Source of the DNA: Vicugna vicugna
Lineage: Eukaryota
Assembly: GCA_013265495.1 (NCBI GenBank)
Contig: MU061547.1
Location: 62,001-126,000 of the forward strand
Reading direction: 5' to 3'
Length of the DNA stretch: 64,000 nucleotides
A program made the translations under genes and the position numbers. Below are positions 12,745-24,283 of this stretch, piece after piece (the stretch's first letter is position 1; each line of letters opens with the position of its first letter). Below the pieces are notes generated by a model. The model was not told the DNA's origin. It was given only the letters and a program-made list of their open reading frames with translations, and made no database searches.

Positions 12745-13470
12745 ACCTTTTTAAAAAAACTGAAGTATAGTTGATTTACAAAATTATGTTCATTACAAGT
12801 GTATACAGCATACTAATTCAGCATTTGGACAGACTACACTCTACTCAAAGCTATTATGATATAATGGCTATAAAATCTGTGCTGTGCAATGTCTCCTTGT
12901 TAGATGTCTGCTTTATACATTGCAGTGTGTGTCTTTTAATCGTGTATCCCTAATTTGCCCCCTGCCCTTCCCTGTCCCCACTGGTAAAAACTAGTTTGTT
13001 TCCTACATCTGTGAGTCTGTTTCTGTCTTGCATATATATTCATTTGTATTATTTTTTACATTGTGCAGATAAATGATATCACACAGTTTTTGTCTTTCTT
13101 GGTCTGCCTTATTTCACTAAGCATACTGTTCTCCAGGTCCACCCACATTGCCACAAATGGCAGGGTCTCAGTCTTTTATAGCACAAAGTAATATTACTTT
13201 ATATCTATATTTACATGCACATACACCACATCTCTATCATTCAGCTGATGATAGGGACTTGTGTTGCTTCCATGTCTTGGCTATTGTAAATAGTTTTGCT
13301 ATAAACACTGGGGAGCATGTGTCTTTTCAAATTTTTGTTTTTTCACATACAAATACAGGAATGGGATTGCTGGATCATATGGTGGTTCTATTTTTAGTTT
13401 TGTGAGGAACTCCTATACTGTCTTCCATAGTGGCTACTCCAATTCCCACCAACAGACTACAAGGGTTCCA
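12745..13470 (-). mobile_element. LINE-1 3' fragment (L1MA-like)
   Basis: tgaagtatagttgatttacaa...ttgctggatcatatggtggttctatttttagttttgtgaggaac. Confidence 0.8.
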
Positions 13471-16109
13471 AACTATACTTTAAAAGTCTTTATTTTGCAT
13501 CCATGTTAAAAACATTTTTACTAAATAGCTAATTCTGATTGACATTTTTCATTCAGCTCCTTAGAAGTGTTATTCTACTTTCTCTTAGTTTTTATAATTT
13601 CTAGCAATGTTTGTTTCCAATCCTAATTTCTCTCACTCTATATGTAATGTTTTGTTTTTTCACTAGATCCCTACAGGGTTTTTATACTTGGTTGTTACTG
13701 ATAGTCTGTGAGGTACATGGCCATATTTATCTTCTATTTGTTTTGCTTGGGGTTCAATGAGATTTTGATCTGATCTTTGCTTGCCTTTCACTACTTTTAG
13801 AAAATTCCTGGCCATTTTCCCTTCAAATATGTTCTGTTCTTCCTTCTTTACTTCTTCTATTTGGATTTTTCCAATTACCTACAGTAAACTTTTAGACCTT
13901 GTCCTGTTTCAGCTACTGAACGCTCAGTTGCATTTTTTTCTCTTTGTCTTTGATTTCCATGTGGTTAAAAGGTATTGCTCTATCTCAGGTTCTCTGATTA
14001 TTTCCATCAATTTGCCTGCATCTTTTTAAGTTAATTCCACTAAAATAATCCTTAATCACTGATATTGTGCTTTACTTTTATAGGATTTTCATTTAACTCT
14101 CTTAAGTAGTTTCCATGTCTTCACAAAATTTCACATATGTTCATGGGTGTTCGTCACCTTCTCAGTACATCCCTCAACATAATAACAATAGGAATTTAAA
14201 ATCCATGCCCTGTCTGCTTGTTCCAACATTTGATCTATCCCTGATTTTGGTTCTGTTCCTCATCTTATCTCATTATAACGGATAGTTATAATGTGTTTTG
14301 GTTTTGTTTTTCTGCTTGACTACATTCTGATTATATACTTGGTATTGTAAAACAGTAGACATTGAGATAATAATATTTATGTTTGAAATTTTCAGTTGTT
14401 CTGATTGTGGGGGCATTGATTCAATGTAACTGTAACCCACCTGGCTGGGCTTCATTGTTGCTGTAGCTTCATCAAGTACACAACAAGCTTCCCGTTCCTC
14501 CAGTGGGACCCTGCCATGGCATTGATCTCAGTGGGAGGTCTGAGGATTTGCTAATGGTTAAAAAACTTAAGTGGCTTCTCAAAGGACATTTGGACCCTTT
14601 AGAATTCAGTTTATCCTCCTACCTGGTGACCTAAACTGTCGTGGATTTTTAAAAGCATGATTTTATAGATTCTTTGGTTCTTTCTTGTTTTTCAGACTGT
14701 GACAATACTTACTTGAGGCATTTTGGAACCTCAGAAATTTGGAACACCAGTCCCATTTCTTTTGAGCAGTTAGTCTAGCTTTGTCAAATTCACAAAGTAC
14801 CAACATTTTGAATGCTTTGATCCACTTACTGTAGATTGGTTTTCTGTTTGATGAAGTATGCTTTCATTTTTATTTTGGTTTATTCTACTTTTTCTGTTTT
14901 GTATCACGTGTAGAGATTGACATTTAGCTTGTTTTCAACTTTAATTCTTTACTAGCATGTGGCTCTGAGGTCATGAATTTTACTGAAATTAGTGATTTGG
15001 CTGCATCCTGAAAGTTTGATGTATAGCATTATCAGTATTGTTCAAGTTAAAATATTTTAAAATTTTCAAAATAAAATTTTCTTTGACCTATAGGTTATTC
15101 TATATGCATATAAGTATTTCTGGTTACATTTTTGTCGGCATTCTTTAACACTGCCTTATGGTAAATTCATATACTTGGCTTGACTTTAATTATTGAAGTT
15201 GAAAAAGTATGTTTTCTATTCAGTGTTTGATCACAGTTATCAATATATGAAATCTCTATTTGTTCAGTTTTGCTCATTCTCCTCTATAAATGTCCAACCT
15301 CACTATTGATTTTGTGTGTTTGCTCTAATGACCAATCACAGAAGTGGGGTAAATGTGCTTTTAAAATTGTAGTCTTAGCTATCTTTTAGTTCTGCCCATT
15401 TCCTCTTAATTTATTGGAGACTACATTATAAAGTACATACAAATATAATAATATTATGTCTTTCTGGTAATCTGGAAATTCATCAATTTTCTATATGACT
15501 ATAGACAGCTTTTTTCCCTCTTAAAGTCTACTTTTATATTCTGCTATATATTCCATGGACAGACTATCATTTCTGTATTCATGGAACACTTGTAAACACT
15601 TCTGTTTTTATAGGATACTAAATTTTTTGTTTTCTATAGTACTTTGTTTATTATTTGTGTAATGTATCAAATCCCCTTTCTCTACGTGTGACTTTTCCAT
15701 AGCATTAAATTTTGATGTTTCTCAAGAATAACATATGGTTTAGTTGACAATACGTACATACTAAGCATTATTCCTGTTGAACTAATTTCACTTTTATTTA
15801 CTCTATATTGCTTATATGCTTTTGTATGTTATATAGTTTCACACTTTCCTTCCACTTAGCCTATTATGAGTTTATCTTTCACTCATCTGTTTTCTTTCAG
15901 AGAGACTGAATATATTTAATTCTTCCATTTGTCTTCTGTTTCTTTAGAAGATGTGAATTGACTCTGTTGCTTAGCTCAGAATTAAAACATGCATTCCTAA
16001 CACATCATGATTTAAAACAAACAATGGCTTTATTCTGCTTTTAGGAAACAAGGTCTGGGAAGGTAAATGTATACCTTGGGAATTACGTGTTATTATTATA
16101 GCAAAAATA

Positions 16110-16650
16110 TACCTCCCAGCCCCCATCATGTGACAGTAATCCTACCTCTTCATGATGATCAGCATCAATTATCGTGACAACTCCAAGGATGCTGACTCAT
16201 TCCTGTGCCTGCTCTATTGGCACAAAATAACCAGAGAACACTCAGCAGCATGGCTGTAGCTTAGTGGCCCCTTAGTCCGTCCCCTGGTGGAAACATTCCC
16301 TCTCTAGGAACCAGGATCTCTGGAAACACAAGCCAAGGTTTTCAAGTTCAGGAAGCACAAATTCCCTTAGAGAAGTCACCACGAGTGATACTGAGTGGGA
16401 CTACTAGTCATTCTGCCATTGGCCTCCAATCCCGTGTATTATGCCTACTGGGTGCACAGAACCCTATCATGACTATGGGTTTATCCAGAACAATGGTACC
16501 CCATCCTCACAGAAGTCATGGTCAAACTGACCTCTCAGTTGCCTCTATAACAATGTGTTCCACAGCTCTGCTGGGCAAGCAAGTGTTGAATCGTGTGATT
16601 TGTGGTAGAACCAGTGGAATGCATGTCCCATGACTGTGGGCTCATTCTGT
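16110..16650 (-). mobile_element. ERV-L internal fragment
   Basis: The - strand reads like the ERVL post-integrase region (EFVLPE...EILVPREGMFPPGD). Confidence 0.6.
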
Positions 16651-17308
16651 GTTGTGGCAGTGGCCAAACTCTTTCCTAAGAATTGGGGAAAAAGCTCATC
16701 TTGGAGGGATATGCTGACCTCCTGCTATGGTCTTCACCAGCACAGACAGCAAGCTAACTGAAAAACCATAGTTTTAAAGAGAAATGTATATGTTTTCCCC
16801 CAAATTTGGCTGCTTTATCAAGTAGGACTTTCCTTGGTTTTCTTGTCATTATCAGGTACTGGACAGAACAAAGGGCACAAAATAGAGAGCAGAATTCAGC
16901 TGAGTATATGGAAGTGTTGGGAATACTTTGAAGGAGAGGAAGTTTGTGCCTAAAAAGGGTAGATCCTTGTCAGGTCATGGCTGCAATTTCTGCTCCCTTC
17001 ACAACCAAGCAAGAACCAAGACAAAACAGAGAGGTTGACTGACAGAGAGCTACACCACCTCTCATGCAGGAATTAGGTGAGCTGGTGATGTAGTTTAAGA
17101 TTTGCATTATACTCCTATAATTGCAACATGAATGTTAGGCTACCATATTGTTAAAAACTAGTGTAGGTGAGTTAGAAGGTAAACACCCCAGTGAAGTATG
17201 TGTAGATCTAAACAAACTGAATCCAACAAAGCCGACCACCCTGAATGAGACCCACTGCAGTGGATGAATGCAGAGGCACTTGGAGCTTTCATTTTGCATT
17301 AGATCCAG

Positions 17309-17591
17309 GTTTCCCTTTCAGTGTAGCTCTAATGGACACCTTCTCCCCACCCCCATCCAGCAATAGTAGTCTGTGAACTCTGATCAGGTAAACCCTCTTC
17401 TCCTAGTAAAAGGAAACATTAAACCAGCAATAACATCTCCCCTCTATAAATGGGATCTAAAGCGAGTTTACCTGAGCACCGTCACTCCTACAGTGAGCCC
17501 TGACACCCAAGTGACAAATTAAACATTCCTCAAGTTTCCTTAAAATGAACCCTCCCTGGCAAGTGCTGGGAACGTGTGAAGGAGGTATAAA
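17309..17591 (+). promoter_or_regulatory. Candidate promoter of the GBP4-like gene (ISRE-like plus TATA)
   Basis: GTTTCCCTTTC at 17309-17319 (GAAANNGAAA on - strand) and TATAAA at 17586; exon 1 not demonstrated. Confidence 0.3.
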
Positions 17592-19029
17592 TACACATCT
17601 GTCTTTAGCACACCAAGGCAGACACAGAAAACTGTCATTTCAGTATTCCCTTTGTTTCATGTCCCAGACAGACTACAGCTGAGTCTCCTCAGGTGATACA
17701 CTGCACTCCGGCTTGTGAGCAGGGTGACGTGTTTATTACAGCCAGATCAGCACTCCAGCTCTGTTACTTTACATTGTGTACATTTCTGAGTGTCTGTTCT
17801 TTGACCTTGTTTATTTCTGTGCTCAGAAATATACAAGGTGCTTCAGTTTTGTCTTGTTTTGGCAAACGTTTTGTCCCACTGGCCACTCTCTCCAAGCCTA
17901 GAGCCCCCAAGCTTATGAATCTTTTCCCCAGAGGGCCAATACTCCTTTGTATCTACATTTTGCCCACCTGAAGACTGCACTTAGACTTCTGAACTGAAAA
18001 TGCTTCAAGTGTGAGCTGCTGAGAACACTGCTGCATCCCCAGCTGTGTTCCTTCACTAAACTCTGAGTAGCAGGATGGGAAAATGAGACTCTTTCTGACA
18101 GGATTCTCACCAGACACCAAGCTGAATGCACTAGGTGACAAATAAGCACAATGTCTAAAATAAGATGGTAGATGCTTTTTCTGGAGTTAAAGTAATAGAC
18201 AATGAAAACACTTAATTGCATGTAAATCAGCCTCCCTGACGGCCTTTAAGGTAGGAACTCATTTCAATCATTCATCCTTTTCCAATATTATACTTTTGAG
18301 AATTAAGACTTATGGAATACAATTTCTTAAAGTATTTTTCTTGAAGCAAGTACAGAAAATGAAAGCTGAAATAAGAGTACAAATTAATTTCCCCCTCTGT
18401 AAATAAATATCTGTCTTGTTTTAAAGCCAAACATATCTAAGTGCCCTTACAGTCTTCATCTCAAAACACATCGTCACATCCTCATTGTCAACAATGAAAA
18501 GTTAACAGAAACAGAAGAGAAGAGAGCTTGAGAGCCAAACAAGACCAAGACCTGGAGAAAAAGAAAAGACAGAGAGAGAGAGGAAGGGAGACAAATCCTT
18601 TGGATCCAAGTAACTGAGAAAGGATTAACTTTGTTTGGTCTTGGGTCATGTGCCACATCTCTCCCTAAATCAATCATGGTGGATCAGGAATTATAGGGCC
18701 ATGGTCATTTTACCAGCTTGGATTCAAGTCTTAAATATGCCAAGTTTGCTTTCAGGATTCTAGAAAAATCTGTCCCGACTGTGCTGCATATACTTCTAGT
18801 TATAATATGCTTTGCAGCTCAAATATTGTATCAGTGTATTTTGCAAAGTGAGCTTGTGGCCGTCTGGCTATGGACGATACTCACCTAGCTGCTCGTGCAG
18901 CTGAGCATGTCCGCGGACAGGACGTGCGCCAGAGCACGTGCTCTGGGAGAGTCTTGGCCGTGGATCTTTGCGACTCTAGCCCATCTGCCTTCCTCTCCCT
19001 TCCTACCTTCTGACACACAGATGTGGTGA

Positions 19030-19575
19030 TGAAACCACATCCCTGATGGTTAAAAACCTGTCACAGAAACTGGTGACTAACTAATCTTGAGCTCATCTTA
19101 CAGAAAAGCAGAGAAAGGGACAGCTTTTTTAAAATTTTTTTTAAGCCCTCTTCTTGTAATACAACCAAAGTGACTGAAAACACTGGAACCAATATGGCTT
19201 ATCAGACTCTGAGCAGAACAAACTTGACTGTCCCATGGGTGACCTATGTATATCACAGCCTGCTTGTTGCACACCAACTCCCCATGAATTTGCACATGTG
19301 TCCCATGAGGAAACATGGAACTCTGGTATCCCTGCTGAGACACCAATGAGCTCACCTTTTCCTCACTTTCAACAACTCTTTCTCAAAGCCTAAGGCCACC
19401 CTGATTCTGTGTCCCATCAATATCCCAAGCACCTTTCCTTCTGGGGGGCAGAGCTGAGACTTGTTCTCCTGCCTCCTTGCTTGCTTGCTTCTCAAATAAA
19501 CCCTTTCTCTGCTACAAACCTCAGTGTCTCAGTGTGTTGGCTCACAGCTCCTCAGTCAAAGGAATCTGGTGCCAT
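19030..19575 (+). mobile_element. Probable solo LTR remnant
   Basis: LTR-like R/U5 tail: aataaaccctttctctgctacaaacctcagtgtctcagtgtgttggc. Confidence 0.5.
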
Positions 19576-20076
19576 AATGGCAGACGTCAAGCTTTTACGT
19601 GTTGGGTAAGTACAACACCTTAAAGCATACACAACAAGGCAGAAGAATCTCAATCACTCTTCAACCACCAAATCTGGATGCACCCTAGTCAAAGACAAGG
19701 GAAAAATAGTATGACAAAATAATAGCAATTATGTCTGGGCTATGAACTCAAAGATTTTATACACACATGTACTGCTAATGAAGAAAAATCACTCAGTTAA
19801 AAAATAGGTTTTTTTTAAAAATAAAGAGAAAGCAAATGAGCATATAAAATATTTCTGAAGTCAAAGAAAAATTACTATACCCCTTTCATCACAAAATCAT
19901 CCCTGACAGGCTGTTGTACTCTCTTGCCCCACTGTTATTTGTCCCACGTTCACCATGGGGTCAAGGGCACTTAAGACACCTATGGAGGGGGGACAGACGT
20001 GGGTTTGTTCAGCCAGCTGTGAAGTGTGTCTTTCCTTGACTTCATCCAAGTTCCTGCCTGCTCAGGGAGTTAGGAT

Positions 20077-20288
20077 GGAAGGAAGGAAGAGAAAGAGAAA
20101 GCAAGAGAGAGAAAGAGAGAGGGAGAGAAAGAAAAAAGAAAGAAAGAAAAGAAGGAAGGAAGGAAGGAAGAAGAAAGAAAGGAAGAAAGAAAGAGAGAGA
20201 AAGAAAGAAAGAGAAAGAAAGAGAGAGAGAAAGAATGAAAGAAAGAAAAAGGAAAGAAAGAAAGAAAGATAGAAAGAAAGAAAAGAAA

Positions 20289-20352
<64 letters not shown>

Positions 20353-20430
20353 GAAGGAAGGAAGGAAGGAAGGAAGGAAGGAAGGAAGTGAAAGAAAGGA
20401 AAGAGAAAGGAAGGGAGGAAAGAAAGAAGG
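20077..20430. repeat. Compound (GAAA)n/(GGAA)n purine microsatellite
   Basis: About 350 nt almost entirely A/G on the + strand. Confidence 0.97.
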
Positions 20431-21609
20431 ATGCTGCAAGGAGAAGGGTGGTGGTGGTGACAGAATATTACCCAATCTTTGTCCTTCCCAGAAAAGGGCA
20501 TGTCCTTTCGCTTTCCTTTCTGGTCAACCTGACTCATCACTGGATGAATGGCTTTAACACCCAGCCTACCTTTCATCTTTAAAAGAGAAGAATCCGTTTA
20601 CAGAGGAGCCAAACGCCAGAGGAGCTTCTCCTGCGCCCAGGGCAGCTGAGAACGTGATCCGCGGTGTATCACCAGCGCCACGTGAGTTTGTTCCTAAACT
20701 TGACCTTCCTTGCACGTTGCCATTGACTAGCAACAAGCACACCAAGAACTCCCCCAGCGCAGACCCCCGCGCTGCAGGCGGGGAGGCTCGGGCGCCAGCT
20801 CCGCGTGAGGGAGAGCGGCTGGTCTGGTCCCTGGCTGGGCGGGCTCTGTGGCTCCGTGTGGATGCAGGGCGGCTGCCAGGTTTGTCCCTAGTCAGGGGCT
20901 GCAGCAAAGAGCTGTGCATGTGAGAAGGAAGAATGCTTCCTACCTCATCTGAGGGAAGGGGATGGAGGTCTTTTTTAGGACTGAGGGCCCTCCACCAAAC
21001 TCTTCCCTGAGGCGCTGGATGGGGTCCCTCCCAGGTCAGGTCCCTCCCTCCTGACCCTCCTCCCCACCTCAGACAGGTTTTGCCCCTGCCCCTCTGGCAT
21101 TGGAGAAGCAGAGAAAAGATGGTCCTTGACATGTAGACAACTTACAATCCTGACCATGGATTAGTTTTGTATTAACATTTGCTATTCCAATCACGACAGA
21201 GCTGGATTATGTGCAGTAATTAAATCAGACTCTCACTAAAAATCTATTCATGGCAACTGTAAGCCTAAGCATGCTTGTTTATCATGCATTGTTTTACTGA
21301 GTAGCCCACACGTGATCTGCATCAGGGTAACTTTGTACTTGCTGAAGACACAGGGCATGTGGTATTTTTAACCACCACTCTAGACAACTCTCAGGAATCA
21401 ATTTTGCAAGCTGTTGATCATCTTTTGCCATCTCGTAGCACGATTCTACTTATTTAGTTTCAAAGCTAAAATGCTTCTTGATTTTGGCACCTCAGTATAG
21501 TCTGAATTAAAAAGAAAATCTTTGTAAACATATACAAAGCTTTATCAATATTCAATCTAAGAAATGATTTCCACAATTCTTCTTGCTTATTCACCTTAAA
21601 AATTAAACA

Positions 21610-22023
21610 GTTATTTTTCAAGTAAAAGTGGGTTTGTTCAAGCATAGCAGAGGAATTGCAATTTGGGACAAGCAAGGTCTAGCACAAGCCATAAGCAAGT
21701 CCAAGAAACAAAGATAAGGAACCTTATTTTATAGAGAAAAAGGAGGGAGTTGGGAAGGATTGTTTTCAAAGAAAGTCCATTGGAGGAAAACAAGATGATG
21801 ACCTGTTCTCACTGGCTGAGGTGTCGGGGTGGACAGTTCTTGGAGGAGGTGCAATGCACACGTGCTCCTTCTGGGAATTGGCCTTGATGCCTTTCCTGTT
21901 GATGATTCTTCCCCGGGGGTCTGCCATTAACAAGCCTTCCTGTACTGAGCTCCAGTGGTACCACATGAGAGCGCCCCGTTCTGGCCTCCATTTGAGTGAG
22001 ATTTCCCTTTATTAATTTTCACA
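21610..22023. mobile_element. Probable LTR remnant
   Basis: LTR-like composition ending ...ccctttattaattttcaca; family not identified. Confidence 0.35.
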
Positions 22024-22314
22024 TAACACAGCAGTAAAAGGTCATTTTAGTCCCCATCTCTTCCAATCCACTATAGTAAAAAGAGAAATTATAGAGAGGA
22101 ATTCTGTTAAACAAATTCATGTTTTTTTCTAACAAAGGATTGTATATACTTTAATTTCTTGGTAACTGACAGCTCACAGAACGCAGACACAACATAACAC
22201 ATTGTCTAACTTACTTGCTGTTGAAAGAGTACATTAATGCAGGAAATGTTTTTTAAAATTTCTGAGAACCTACATGTTATACCAGTTGTGCAGTAGCAAA
22301 TCAGGCAAGAATTC

Positions 22315-22450
22315 CTGTTTTCCCTATGATATTGATAAGAAAATTGAGGCTTACATTGTTAAGTTCCTTTGTCAAGATCCCAACAGACAGTAAGTGACTT
22401 GAACCCTTGGGTTTGGTCCCTGGCAGCCAGACTGCAGACCCGGTGCTCGG
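22315..22450 (-). mobile_element. MIR SINE remnant
   Basis: gataagaaaattgaggctt...gttaagt...gtcaagatcccaacagacagtaagtg...tgaaccc core. Confidence 0.6.
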
Positions 22451-23665
22451 ACATCCTCGGGCAGCTCTGAGGGCTCCCACCTGACTCTCTCTCCCTCAGT
22501 GTCATCCCTCTGACTTGTTACTGCCGGGCCTCCTGGGCCTTCTCATCATCCTCATGGCATGTGACGTCCCACTTGCTTGCACCCAGGGAGGGAACTGTCA
22601 CTGCCTCAGGACACAGCCAATCCTCTGCCTTCATTCAGAAGTGACCCACCCTGCCTTCTGCATTTTGAATACTCAATTTTAAAACAGTACTTATTCAGGG
22701 TTTACTAGGTACCAGCATGATTTTTAAGAGCACTATGTACATTCTGAAGTATTTAATCCCCTAATAAACAATATTTACTTTTAGTGCTGCCATTTTACAG
22801 AAGGAAAATCTGAGGCCCAGAGAAATGAATCTTTCTGTTGGTCACACAGCTACTAAAATATAAGGAGGTGTGGCTGTTGCTTTGTATCGTCTGTAAGAAA
22901 CTTAAGGGAGAGTCAGAGCTCTTGACTTCTCGCTCTGGGTAACATGAAACACCCGATCATCGTGCTGGGATCATTTAAATTATATCCTGGCCCAGATATG
23001 AGAATCTGGCAGATCTAGGCAGACACCCCAGTTGCTTGCCTCTCTCCCCTAACAGCCTAAACCATCAGAAATGTGCTGTCATTTCAGTTAGTAAGTTAAT
23101 GATTGCATGCACGACTTTGTGTAGGAAGCAGAAAGCTCTGTCCTGCTGTGTTTGAGGGAGAACTGGATTCTCTGTCTTTCCTTCTTTCTCTCACAGTCAT
23201 GCCTCCTGCAGCCCATACCTGCTCCCAGTGATCCACTGCATCTGTCCTCAACAAGGTCCCAGATCACAGTCCTTTTCCCTTTATGGCTGAGGCCTTCCCT
23301 GACTACTCTCTATGTAAACTCTAACTCCCACACTTTCTGTCCCATGCCTTACTTGTTTCCTTCAGAGCATTAACCATCATTTAATAGACAATTAGTGTTT
23401 TGCTCCTCAACTTCCTATAATATCCATCTCCTCTGTTAGGTGGAGCTCCAGGAGGCAGGGATTTGCATCCATTTTGTTCACTGTTTGTTAGTAAGCACCT
23501 AGAACACCATCCAACACACAGTAGTTCCTCCATAAACACTTATCCAGATACTGAGTGACCAAATCATTCTGGAACTCCCGAAATCTCTGGTCACTCCTCA
23601 GCTCCTTCAAGCCCCTTTCTGCCGCTACTTACCCACAAAATGTTAGTGTTCTCAAGGCTCCATCA

Positions 23666-23809
23666 GGGGAGTGTATAGCTTAAGTGGTAGAGTGCAAGCT
23701 TAGCTTACACAAGGTCCTGGGTTCAATCCCCAGAACCTCTTATAAAAATTAAGTAAGTAAACCTGATTACCTATGCTTGCCTCATAAAAAAAGTAAACCT
23801 CAGAAACCT
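23666..23809 (+). mobile_element. tRNA-derived SINE (Vic-1-like, camelid)
   Basis: ggggagtgtatagcttaagtggtagag...ggtcctgggttcaatcccc (A and B boxes); TSD ctcaaggctccatca / ctcaagtctccatca. Confidence 0.85.
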
Positions 23810-24093
23810 CTCAAGTCTCCATCATCAGGGCCTTATTTTCTCATTCTGTTCACTGTGTGCATTGTGTCGACAAGGTTTTTCTAAGGTTCATCTGAGGATC
23901 ACAAAGAGAATGCACGTAAGGTATCTGTATCTGGCCTTGGCACAGTAGACTAATAGTTATCATTTGAAAACATACAAAACATAGAAAATTGATATATAAT
24001 TTCCACAAGGAAAAAGCTGATATGCACATGCTTGTGTGACCATGAGAGAGAAGCTGTGTTCTACTGAGTTGTTGCTCTGGGTTACAGCTTCCC

Positions 24094-24283
24094 ATGGCAT
24101 CTGGACCCAGCATGATGAACCCTGTCTGTCTGGTGAAAAGACAGAACAGCCAGATGACAGTAAATCCAAATGCACTGAAGATTCTCGACCAGATATCTCA
24201 GCCTGTGGTGGTGGTGGCCATAGCAGGGCCGTATCGGACGGGAAAGTCCTACTTGATGAACCGCCTGGCGGGACAGAACCATG
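24094..24283 (+). CDS. GBP4: GBP4-like exon 2 (start codon, P-loop)
   Basis: [14 protein letters not shown]...[23 protein letters not shown]; acceptor ttacag ends 24087; donor gtgagt at 24284; 190 coding nt. Confidence 0.95.

Noticed and set aside
19955..20582. Lys/Glu/Arg-rich and Phe/Leu/Ser-rich ORFs of 105-168 aa
   Set aside because: They are translations of the GAAA/GGAA microsatellite.
20670..20690. CTCF-like motif
   Set aside because: Only a partial match to the core consensus.
23666..23740. tRNA-like sequence
   Set aside because: It has a SINE tail and TSD and a degraded cloverleaf, so it is a SINE rather than a tRNA gene; the same applies to 27640-27714.
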